Shown here piece by piece: positions 1 through 11,499 of a stretch of DNA of 64,000 bases. The stretch lies in NCBI RefSeq assembly GCF_023055435.1, contig NW_025964001.1, positions 20,956,001-21,020,000 on the forward strand, read 5' to 3'. The DNA is from Haliotis rufescens (taxonomy: Eukaryota). The notes beneath the pieces were generated by a model. The model was not told the DNA's origin. It saw only the letters and a program-made list of their open reading frames with translations, and made no database searches. Position 1 is the stretch's first letter. Every line of letters begins with the position of its first letter. The translations under genes were made by a program, and so were the position numbers.

Positions 1-999
1 GTGAAAAGAAACCTATCTGCACTAGCTGTTCTGGGGAACAGCCTGACTAGTTATATTACAGGATCAAGGAATTGTAACAATTGAATTTAGTCTTGAATCT
101 GTAATAGATCTAATGATCTTTTCTTATAACAACACATATACATGTACTGTCAAGCAGTTGTGTTGACAAACATGAATTCATGTTTGTCTTGGAAGATAAT
201 GTCAGGTCACCTACGATTGCATCTTAAACCATCAGCATCTTCTCCCATGCTAATCTATTTGAATGTGTGACAATTCAGTTGGTTCAGGTCTCAAATGAAG
301 ATTTCAAACAACATCCTGCTAGGTCCAGCTTGGCATAAAACCAAAGTTTCAATGCTTTGACACTGACTGGCTATAAAATGACTATCATTATGTTATCAGC
401 TTCCTACAATTCCAACCCTGCTTCTTTTAAGGTAGATCAACCTGTGAACCGTGGTTGCATCCAACAACTTCTCTGTTCCCATTCATTTTGAACTGATACT
501 TGTGCCTAAATGAAGTTTGCTGACAGGCTGGTCAGCAGCCATGTGAGCAACAGGTGCTTGTTAGTGGTCAGCTACATGGCGCAACAGTTGGTGCTGTGAC
601 CATAATATACTACTAAAAAAAAGATTTGTTAAAAAAGTGATTGTGATTTTGATTGTTTTGCCTTCCTACCTTCAGGTCATTTCTGGCAAAAGAGCTGTGA
701 AACAAATAATTGAAATGATCTGGTCTAAGATCGTAAAGACTAACTAATAAAATTCACTCACATCAGCATGTTAAGGATTTCTTTAACCTAGAATAACACA
801 GAACTACACAGCAGAATACAAATATCAAATACACAAACATAACAAAAGTTTGTTTCAGATACTTTTTAATTCCTCATTCACACATAATAATGACAATGAC
901 CAACATTTCCTGCTCTTAAACATGTTGATATCCTTTGAGATGCACATAGTATTCACAAAGGTATCAGTGCTAACAAATAGTTCCTACAGTCCTATATAT

Positions 1000-3608
1000 T
1001 CAATCCTTCTTGGTAGGAAATGACATTTTATAAAAGAGGAGGTAGCCTGTTGGTATAAGGCCGATCAGAGTCATTCCCATGGTAACTTGATAGCCGAAAG
1101 TGTCACGGAATCCACGCTTCTGCCAGACAAGGAGGCCATCATCTCTCTACAAACAGAGGTGTTGGACGTGAAACAGACAAGACGAAATGATCATCAGAAT
1201 CACTTAACAGCTACAAAGATGATTTATGGCAGAACAATAATTCTTATTAAAAAAACAGTAGGCTTTATGCATGCTATGTTTTATTAATCCATTTCCAAGC
1301 AAAATATTTATACCCAGAAGGAAATTAAGGAAGAACATCTACTAGCCTGAATAGTGACAACATACAGAAAAGGCCTTCAAAATGTTTGGAATTCTACAAG
1401 CTCTAACATGCTCTTAGACTACCTTTAACATCAACAAAACTGGTCAAGGCTAGGACGCTAGCACTAATTTCCATCTCTTCCATATGTGTCGCTATACCTA
1501 AAACATGGTGCTCACATGTTTAATTTCAAGGCAGAAACAGAAAACGACTGTATTTAAGTTCAGGCATTAACTACAACATTTTTGGGGAGGAGTAGTTTGT
1601 TGTTTTACACCGCATTCAGCAATACTCCAGAAATATTACGGTGGCCTTAGTGAGGATATTGTGAACAACGATCAATGCCATTGGCACTGATAGAACTTGG
1701 CACTAACCAACTTGTGTGAAATGTATCTTAAAGGCTAATATAATTTCAATTTTTGGGGGTATTGCTATATGTTATCACTATTTGGGCTAGTAGTCTTTCT
1801 TGGCTCATTTCCATCCCTCCATATGGTGAGTGAGTGAGTGAGTTGGGTTTAACGCCGCTTTTAACAGTATTCCAGTAATATCACAGCGTGTCAGCTTAAT
1901 GTGGGAGGAAAGCCTGAAGTGATGCAGGTCTCAGACGTTTACCACTTCGGTGAAACCCACGAGCACGGGTATGGTGCTGACAAACCTAGAAACACAATCG
2001 GGGTGAACCGGGATGACATTAATACTATCAAAAACTAATTATGGTATATTTCAACTCATGTTTTGGGTTTCCACAAAATGGACAAAATGTCACAATCATT
2101 TCCCCTTTATTTTCGGTGAAAAATGCAAACTATTAACGTTCATTTGAAAATACAGAAATCATCGCCATACATGTTACCACACCACTGCCTCAAGCTTACC
2201 TGAATCATGTACAATTTTTTTTTAAAAGCATCTGAATCATGATGTACAGCATGCTCAGTCTGGGAGCTCTGTGTGGACAAGAGTGAGAAACAACAGGTTC
2301 ATCATGTTCAAGATGAATGTTGTCATTTACTACTTACACACATCATGTTCTGGAACTCCTGGACCTTCTGGTACTGGGAGGAGCCAGGGGTGGTACCTCG
2401 GCATCGGGCTGCAGAGGTGGTCAACCCACGTGCAAATACACGCACTGCCTGTAAAACATTCATTGAAACAATGCAGAACAAACAGGTCTTTTGATCCATA
2501 GTGAGTGAGTGAGTGAGTTGGGTTTAACGCCGCTTTTAACAGTATTCCAGTTATATCGTAGCGTGTCAGCTTAATGTGGGAGGAAAGCCCGAAGTGACGC
2601 AGGTCTCAGACGTTTACCACTTCGGTGAAACTCACGAGCACGGGTATGGTGTTGACAAACCTAGAAATTAAATCGGGGCGAACCGGGATTCGAACCCACA
2701 ATCATAGGTTTCTGGCGTGCCCAAGGGACGCAACTCTGCACAGCGAATCGCGGCGCCTTAAGACGACTGGGCCACCCGTGCCCCCCTTTTGATCCATAAG
2801 TTGAGGAGCATTTTTCTGGCCTCACAGGAAGAACATAACATGAGTAGAGATGACACTTTTACACAATGACAAAACACACTCTTCTTGCACTTATAAGAGT
2901 ATTAATCTGTATTGAGCACATGCCATTAACATTTGTGACTCCAATAAAGCCCATAAACATGTAAAATCATCCTATTACAAAATTCAGACATCATAGAATA
3001 AAGTGGGGCAACAAATTAAAAGTTTGATTGAGTAATATACTGCCATGGTGTATACAATAGTACCGGTCAAAGTCCCATCATTACACATTTTAATTTCATA
3101 ATCATGGTTCTTTAACAACACCTCTGGCATATCACATTTCTCTCAAAGAAACAAATGACCAAGTCACACGAGTGTGAACTAAAAGAATATTCCTCCCCCT
3201 TTCATCATGTTTAATCATATTAATTTCAATGGTTGGATGTAAACTTCGGTCATAATAATCACCGTGGAACCCACAAAGTACACTTATTATCACAAAACAC
3301 AACTTAGGAAACCAACACACTGGCGGTGTTTGAGTAACGTGTAAGCAATCAGTGAATTAGAGTGGTCTACTGAACTGAAATCGTAAGTAAAATCGTATTC
3401 CTAATAGTTATCATCGAATGTTTGTAACAAGTCCTGACACCATATCACAACTTGTAACCGTCACGACTCAAGGTCATTCATTAACTGAACAATTAGACTA
3501 CGTATATCCTCAAGTATTCATTTATAAATGATGACACTGAACCACTGTTTTTTTTCTGACATATTTAAAAAAGAGCACAGTTCAAGAACGTACATTTGTG
3601 GCACTCAT
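1000..3608 (-). CDS. COX7A: Cytochrome c oxidase subunit 7A-like (COX7A1/2-type), 3 coding exons, 90 aa
   Basis: Exons 3594-3608 (MSATN), 2338-2448 (AVRVFARGLTTSAARCRGTTPGSSQYQKVQEFQNMMC) and 1000-1146 (RDDGLLVWQKRGFRDTFGYQVTMGMTLIGLIPTGYLLFYKMSFPTKKD*). All introns GT-AG, phase 0. Arg-rich mitochondrial presequence, KVxExQ..DDG motif, one C-terminal TM helix and SFPxK end, as in the COX7A family. ATTAAA on the minus strand at 865-870. Confidence 0.9.
1827..2012 (-). mobile_element. SINE family B, 5'-truncated
   Basis: Near-identical to 2501-2690. Confidence 0.85.
2501..2786 (-). mobile_element. tRNA-headed SINE family B, full length, in COX7A intron 1
   Basis: A-box GGTGGCCCAGTCGTCTTAAGGCG, B-box GGTTCGAATCCC, (ACTC)n tail, TSD cttttgatccata on both sides. 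Confidence 0.9.
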
Positions 3609-3644
3609 GTTGGGGGTCGAGGAAACTTGCCGAAGGTGATGTGA

Positions 3645-3690
3645 AACACAACGGAAGTAACTGAAGTACGAGAGACAGCGCATGGGCGAG
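3645..3690 (-). promoter_or_regulatory. COX7A proximal promoter with ETS/GABP (CGGAAGT) and NRF1-like (GCGCATG) motifs
   Basis: acggaagtaa at 3651-3660 and cagcgcatgggcg at about 3677-3689, 45-80 bp upstream of the ATG. These motifs are typical of nuclear respiratory-chain genes. Confidence 0.45.
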
Positions 3691-4933
3691 GGAGAAATAG
3701 TTTACTTACAAATTTCATATAATGATACAATAATACTGTCGTCTCCTAGGGTGTGTCCGTAGTTACAAATATGAAAAAATAGGTAGTGTATGAAGACTCC
3801 ACTTTGGAAAAACACAATCAAGTTGTAAATAATGGTATACGGGAGACGTTCAATTGAACAATAAATGATGTCTCCCTTAGAAATCTAAACTGTGCCTTGA
3901 TGAAAGTCGTATTTTGTTATTTCAATGTGATAAGTAAATCTTTTTAGGATATCAGTCATTTTTGACACCATTATGCTACACTTTCAAAATGTTAGTCAAT
4001 ATTTACAATATGATGTAGATCTAGTTATGATCAATATTATTTACATAATAAAATAATTTGACACGAAAATAGAGATGCCGCTTTTAGGCATTAGATCTAT
4101 TATTATTTTAATGTTGGGAACACAGTAAAAATATAATCGAAACAGTCCCTTTATTTTTAAATAACTCTACTCTTCACTACATTCGTATAATAGCTTATAT
4201 AATCGATGGGAAGTGAAGGTGAAGTGAATTATAATTGGTTAAAATTATTCAAACGATTACAAGGCATCTTACCAGTTTGAGGTAGGCCTATATATGTGAA
4301 AGGCACTTTAGCTTCATATTTGTGCAAATACTTTTTGTGTAATAAAGAAGATTTTACGAGCAACAACTGGAAACAAAACCTGCTCATGTTTGAACATAAA
4401 CCCAGTTGCCACTCAATGTGAAAGTATAACATAATTAAACACATTTCTTAGAGACCTACTAAACAGTTTCAAAGTTTGTCATTGGATACAACTCGTGGTC
4501 CATTTCTGCAGAGACCATAAAATAGATTATTATTTTTCTATTTTACGGTCTCCGATTTCTGCCAGGGAAGTGACAAAAATGAAAATCACAGAAGGCTTAC
4601 TGCCTGAGGTGTATTTCTTTAACATATTTTGTATACACGGACCACACACACGCAGACCGAACTCCATACATGATCAACCAGATCTTGATTTAACCCTGTA
4701 TAGTTTCAAGCCGTGACAGAGCCGTATGTTGACTCAAAGACGTATAGACGTCTATGGTTGACTTAACACATATAAAACATTTTGCAAATCATTTATTTTA
4801 AGTATGTGTCTATGACAATCGGCCACTAGTGATATATGTCTTTCCAAACTGTCTTGAAACAAAGAACATGGATGGTGATTATTGAAGAAACGTTGTATAC
4901 AGATGACTGTCAGATCACTAATAACCTTGCTTT

Positions 4934-5197
4934 GAGTGAGTGAGTGAGTGAGTGAGTGAGTTGGGTTTAACGCCGCTTTTAACAGTATTCCAGTTATATC
5001 GCGGCGTGTCAGCTTAATGTGGTCTCAGACGTTTACCACTTCGGTGAAACCCACGAGCACGGGTATGGTGCTGACAAACCTAGAAACATAATCGGGGCGA
5101 ACCGGGATTCGAACCCACAATCATTGGTTTCTGGCGTGCCCAAAGTGAAGCAACTCTGCACAGCGAATAGCGTCGCCTTAGATGACTGGGCCACCAC
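4934..5197 (-). mobile_element. SINE family B with internal deletion
   Basis: Matches 2501-2786; TSD accttgcttt. Confidence 0.88.
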
Positions 5198-6232
5198 CTT
5201 GCTTTTAAGACTAAAATGTATCCATAACATGACTGAAGTAGAATTCCACTTACACTGATGTCGAATATGTGAGTGAACGTAACTGAGGGAACCAATTAAA
5301 ATATATAATAAATATTATTTATAATAGTATAATAATATAAATACAAATCAGCTCTGAAGAGCAACAATATTAGTTACAACACGAACTGGGAAGTCTATAA
5401 TTCTAATTTGGAAATTTTTACTTACATTTGCTGCAGGTTTAGGGGCGCATATCGGCCTTTGAGCAGGTCTAGATAAATTCCTGTGACAGCCATTCGGATT
5501 TAGAAAGAACAAAAAAGTTACAGGCGATTTTACTCTAATAAGAATATCTTTCTTAAAATAGCTATTTTCCTTCTAAAGGTGTTTGTGTATAAACAGATTC
5601 ACGGCGCTCTGTTAAATATGTATGAATTCTGCTGTGCGCCTAAAGACCTTTCTACGTATAAATGTCTGTTAAATATATTAATTACCTGAAACTATACCGG
5701 TATGTACACAGAAAGAACAGAATAGTTGAATAAGATGAGAGGACCGATTCATTCATGCTCCCAGTATAGGACAATACCCGCAGGACCCTATTATTCCATA
5801 GTCTTGCAACAATGTACTTAATTAATATTTTGGTAGATAGTAACTCTGAGTGCGTGCCTGAAAGGTATTGATATATCCTTCCTGGGTGTAGTATAGTACA
5901 TGGCAACCCGGCCATAAGTAAACTTTAGCAAAAGTCATTGTGTGTGTGTGCCTGTGCGCTCGTGCGTTTGTGTGTTAATGGCCATGCATATTTTTTCATC
6001 AGACAAAATCAACTTACCTGATTTCTCAATGTTTTAAACAGTAACTGAATTAAACCAATCCTTTTTAAATTCATATGTTGTTAGGATTGTCATTAAATAC
6101 ATCCAGTCTTTGCACAAGCTAGGGTTTTATCATAGTCCATCTAGTGCTGTGCGTTACATAGGAAGATCCGGGGTATATTCATCTTCCCCAGGCAAGTGAG
6201 TTAACTGACTATAAAAGTTAACTCTCTTGCCT

Positions 6233-6486
6233 CCGGAAGATGGGGTATAATAGGTCTTCAGCAACCCACGCTTGCTGTAAAAAGCGACTCTGGTTGTCGT
6301 AAGAGGCGACTAACGAATCGGGTGGTCTGGCTCGCTGATTTCGTTGATGCATGTCATTGATACCAGTTGCGTGGATCGATGCTCATGATATCAATCACTG
6401 GATTGTCTGGTCCAGACTCGATTATTTACAGACCGCCGTCATGTAGCTGGAATATTGCTGGGTGCGGAGTTAAACAACAAACAAAC
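6233..6486 (+). mobile_element. SINE-like family C
   Basis: High similarity to the reverse complement of 7395-7658. Confidence 0.85.
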
Positions 6487-6928
6487 GTTAAAACTAAACG
6501 TAACATATGACAGATTTAACTTATACAAACCCTACAAATAATCATTGTAAACACCAATTAAATAAACTTCATCCGATAATCAAGACAAAACACAAGAATA
6601 TGTGACAAAAAAGGCCACTAAGAAATTCAACATTTTTAGAAATATTTTGTGTGGGTGGGTAGGGGGCTATGTCTTAAAACTTAAGGAATTATGTGTTTTT
6701 ATCCCACATCGAACTTTTGAACTGGTCCCTAAAAAAACCTATAGTTGATTAGTGTTAAAAAGCCATAAGCCAGAGTTCGTAGCCAAAATGGACACAAAGT
6801 TAAGTTGGAAGCCCATTATCAGGACCTTGCACAAGGGTGAACTATAGGTAGCGTAAAACTAGACTCAACTACTCATTCTAATACAATAAATATGTGATGG
6901 CACCTCAGTGTAGAAAGTAATAAACCAC

Positions 6929-6962
6929 AGTGTGTGTGTGTGTGTGAGTGTGTGTGAGTGTG

Positions 6963-7006
<44 letters not shown>

Positions 7007-7014
7007 TGAGTGAG
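6929..7014. repeat. (GT)n/(GAGT)n microsatellite
   Basis: Read directly. Other microsatellites at 33575-33633, 37841-37880 and 61550-61573. Confidence 0.95.
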
Positions 7015-7394
7015 TTGCATCTCTTTGGGATGCCAGGAACAATGGTTGTGGTTGAGAATCCCAGCTTTGCCCACATTATGTTTCTGCGTTTGTCAGCACC
7101 ATTCTGACTCCAAGCTGGTTCAACTGAAGAAAAATAAGGTGAAAAACACTGCTATGATATATTATTTATTAATTAAGATTTGTACAAGGCTGCATTCCCT
7201 GGTAGTTCCAGCATGGATGTGTGCCCATGTAGAGTCAGGCCCAGCATCATCAGCAACTATCTTTTATACATACATTCTGAAACAAAAAAAAACAATTTTT
7301 GACAACAAATACATGGATAAGGATAGATGTTATACTTTGTTCATAATACAACACTGTATCTTTCACAAAACACTTTGCAGTGCGTGCATGGAGT

Positions 7395-7658
7395 AGAGTT
7401 CGTTTGTTGTTTAATGCGACACTCAGCAATATTCCAGCTATATGACGGCGATCTGAAAATAATCGAGTCTAGACCAGACAATCCAGTGATTGATATCATG
7501 GGCATCGATCCTCGCAATTGGGATCGATGACATGCTTTAATCAAGTCAGCGAGTCTGACCAACTGATCCTGTTAGTCGCCTCTTACGACAAGCATATTCG
7601 CCTTTTACGGCAAGCATGGGTTGTTGAAGACCTATTCTACCCCGGATCTTCACGGGTC
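7395..7658 (-). mobile_element. SINE-like family C (non-tRNA structured head), full length
   Basis: 5' GACCCGTGAAGATCCGGGGTAGAATAGGTCTTCA, 3' GCTGGAATATTGCTGAGTG..TTAAAC(AAAC)n, TSD gcatggagt. Other copies at 6233-6486, 7829-8027, 13826-14027, 20255-20450, 29803-30053, 35549-35812, 41905-42162, 46070-46215, 49557-49812, 55714-55950 and 57265-57530. Confidence 0.9.
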
Positions 7659-9047
7659 GCATGGAGTTAAAATGTGTTCATACATTATAATTTTGACAAA
7701 TTGGTAAGAAGTTTCTATGACACATACACCCTTCAATGACACATCCTTGATACCCAGTGTATCACATCTCACATTCTATATGGACATTTACCCTGGAATC
7801 ATTCAACACCATAGATTCGTTTCGGAAATGTTTGTTTGTTTGTTTGTTGTTTTACGCCGTACTCAACAATATTCCATCTTTATGATGCCAGTCTGTAAAT
7901 AATCAAGTCTGGACCAGACAATCCAGTGATTGACATCATGAGCATTGATCCACACATTTGGGATATGATGACATGCATCAACCATGTCAGCGAACCCGAC
8001 CACCGAATCCCGCCTCTTATGGCAAGCATACATTTCACAAGTGACATCACATTCCTTATCTCTCTTTATCAATAACTTGGCACAAAATTTCTCTCGCTCA
8101 TGAGCTTGAAATCAACAACCAAACAAACTCCCCTCTGAACACGAATTTCAGCAAACATCTACATTTACAATTGTGACCTGGTATAACAAGCACCAGATAT
8201 ATTTGACTCTGTTATCTGTGCACTTTCAGCTGTACTTGATGGTTCCCTGAGCATTAATACATGGAGAGGGAAGTCCTAAGGCTGCATTCAGAAAACGACA
8301 ATATGCTGCTTACTCGTCATTTTCCAAATGCTCTGTCGACTTGATTGAAACCCAGCGAATTGTTCAAAATGCAAAATCTTCTCATACTTATGCTAGTTGA
8401 TATTTTAGTATGCAAAATAGACAAATAACATACATATATCTATGTTTTTGAGCAGAAAGGTAGTTTTTTCTTTGATAGGCCAGTACAAGACACCCCCCCC
8501 CCCCCCAAAAAAAAGCAAGTCAAGTACTGTGATATCGCTGCTTGTTTCAATTATGAAAATTTAGCAGACATCTATTTTTAACATCATGTCATCAAAACCA
8601 GTCTCAAAACGAGGCCATGATTGCAAATGGACCAAGGTATATATCGTAAGGGAGATATAATACTCTGGAAAGCTCTTACAAGGAAATATGGATGAAACAA
8701 ACAAATGTCATTGTCTCTCAGACCCTCCCACATCAGTAAATCATGCGAACAGGAAAGGATTTTATATCTGCTCTACACTTCGAAATGACTCATACAAGGC
8801 TGCAACTTCAGCCACTAGCCAGACGTGTGTGTGTGTTGTAAATTCTGTTTGGTATAGTAAGCTCAGCTTTTAATAGTCCACTTGATAACACCAAATACTA
8901 ATTCAAATAACGCTTAGAGCCATGTCCGGGCTAATAGAATCAAAAGTTTTTAGGACAGACTACACATACATGCACTTATCATTGTTTCCAAAACTAAATA
9001 TGGCCCGCAAAACATTCAACTGTGTACCTGAACTACTCGGACCATCA

Positions 9048-11177
9048 TCAATCCTTTGGCTTCTGTGGGAAGGAGAGTTTGTAGAGCAGAACACCAGTCA
9101 TGATGGTACCGATAGCGGAGAGCCCTAGAGTAAATATGTACATCCCACGATCACGACCAAACATCTGCCACACCAGCTTCCCGTCATTTTTCTAGCAGTG
9201 GAACAGAAACAAAGCATCCATAAAATTGTGTCTATCTAGAAACAAAGTACATCATCAGCATAGTCTCACACAATAAAGAAGTGTTTATCTAGATAGTACA
9301 TGTATTATTATGTACATATTATGATATATAAATTTACACAAAAACATCCCTTTTTTTCCCTATAAACATGATAACATAATGAATTTCATGTCAGCTCAAA
9401 CTAATCACTCCTGAGATAATCTTTAAGGAATGGTATTACTTCTGGTGATGTAGCAAAACAGGTCTCATTTTCTGTTGACCTTTATCTTGAATATGTTAAT
9501 TCAGGAGTCATTCAAGAAACTTCTGACTTTCAGAAATGTTGTGGGTCCAAAGACCTCGCCCCAAATAGTGTGGTTCCTCCTTTCAAAGAAGTCATTCAGT
9601 GTAACAAAACTCCCCGAGCCCTCTCCCTGAATATTAAATGATCAATCCTGAAGTGTCCTTTGGTTGAACTTTAAATTCCCAAGGTTTCACTCACATAATT
9701 TATTTGAATATTAAAGTTTGATGGCAAGTCATCTCCCTATTCATTACCGTCATGAGGTTCTGCAATGCAACTATCTTGCTGTAAGCTTGAGTGGCAGGTA
9801 CAATTCCTCTGTTGCCGGAGCCAGTTGTTGGGATACTGACTGACTGTGGTGGAGGGGGAGCTGCACCTCTCGCTGGGGCCGAGCCACGGAAAGCTACTTC
9901 AGGCTCACCCACAGTCTTTGTTTTTGCCGAATCAAACAGAATCTGTGAGACTCTCCCACTGTATGGTGTCAAACCCTGGAAGAATCATGGGAAGGATATA
10001 ATGATAAAAATTGTTATAATAAAATTATTAATGCTTCCCTTAGGATTCTTAGAACAGGATTGGTCATGTTGAGAACTAGTAGGCTCAAATATATTTGAAG
10101 ATACAACATTACAATTTGGAGGAATCCGAACATTATAGATCCTTCCCTTTCATTTTATGCCTGAATATTTGGTCAAGACTGATCAGTCTGAAACATGATA
10201 CAACTTACAAGACTGAACATTTATTTGAGAGAAGACTATGGTTTTACAGGACACAACATATTATGATATTGCCTCCTATGCCACTTATTTATCCGATGGT
10301 ATTGCCTTTTCGATTGTAAACCTAAAACTGTGTGTTTCAATATAATTTATTGATTATTCCTTGACCTTCTGTGGTCATTTCACAATTTAGTTCCATACAA
10401 AATGAATTCAGGATTAACCTTTGAATTTCAGTTTGGAAATCACCTCAGAACACTTCATACAGGTAGATGTATAAGCACTGTATGTCATGTGTCACCTCAA
10501 AACGGTAGACTGATATTAGTTGTTGTGCCCCAAGGCTAAGGGTGTGAATTCAATCTCTTTATCATTGGATCAAGACAAGGCTAAAGTCACCTGACAAGGA
10601 TTAAATCATCCATGAACACAATAGTAATAATGAGGGATAATAGTTGCACAGTTTGTTCAAGGTGGCTGACAGTAAATATACAATACAGGTGGTGAGGATT
10701 AACAATTAGCATGCTCACCTTCAAATAGTAATTAGCATTAGCTTTACAATTAAATGTTATTCCAACCAAATATTTAAATGGATGCCACTTAAACTTATTT
10801 TTGTTAGGTAAAAAAGAGCAAGCATGAACTAATAAGAAACTTGTAGTTCTTCAAAGACTTGATAATGATTTCACAGTTAGCATTGTAGATTGTAGCTTAC
10901 TGGTCTCAAATCTTGAGTTGTATTTTTTAATAGTCTCACTGTGCAAAATCAAATCCATGGACTCTTACAATTTTCAATATCACGATCAAGATGAGTTAAT
11001 TTAATTTGTTCGTCAGATCTATAGCTAGGCAATATCATGCCTGTTCAACACGCAAAGTGGTGATCGAAAATCGGACAATGTGTTAATTGACAGTAATCAG
11101 CTTACTTGTGGCTGATATGCTGCTAGCTGTGTTGATGGGACAAGAGCCCCGGTCATTCCACAGTACTTGTAGAACAT
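9048..11177 (-). CDS. COX7A2L: Cytochrome c oxidase subunit 7A-related protein (SCAF1/COX7RP-like), 3 coding exons, 147 aa
   Basis: Exons 11106-11177 (MFYKYCGMTGALVPSTQLAAYQPQ), 9748-9975 (GLTPYSGRVSQILF...YSKIVALQNLMT) and 9048-9191 (KNDGKLVWQMFGRDRGMYIFTLGLSAIGTIMTGVLLYKLSFPQKPKD*). GT-AG, phase 0. The N-terminus matches the vertebrate COX7A2L signature MYYKFSG...AYSPQGL; the C-terminus is a COX7A TM domain. Confidence 0.88.
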
Positions 11178-11499
11178 TTTGTCCCTTGGTCCTTGATTTC
11201 TTTTCGAAATAACACAACTACAACCGATCGGTTTTCACCGACTAAATCCACCTTGACCTTCAAGAACGACCGAGCGCAGTCCGTACTTCGGCTTTCTCCG
11301 TCGTTTCCGAAGCTGCCCGGAAAGGGGCGAAGCTATGGGGCAGGTGCTTGGTTGTTATGTAGTGTTGTCCCAGTTGCTATGTCACATTTCGTGAGGGAGT
11401 TTCGCCTGTGTGTATGACTTGTATCTCTCATCAGCATTGCTCTCATCACGGAATTTAGGAAACGCGTCAATTTAACAACTGGAAACATATTGGTCAGCA
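11178..11499. promoter_or_regulatory. Bidirectional promoter and 5' UTRs of COX7A2L and CCDC170
   Basis: Divergent ATGs at 11177 (-) and 11500 (+). Locally CpG-richer. X-box-like GTTGCTATGTCAC at 11373-11385 and ETS-like CCGGAA at about 11317. Confidence 0.7.
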
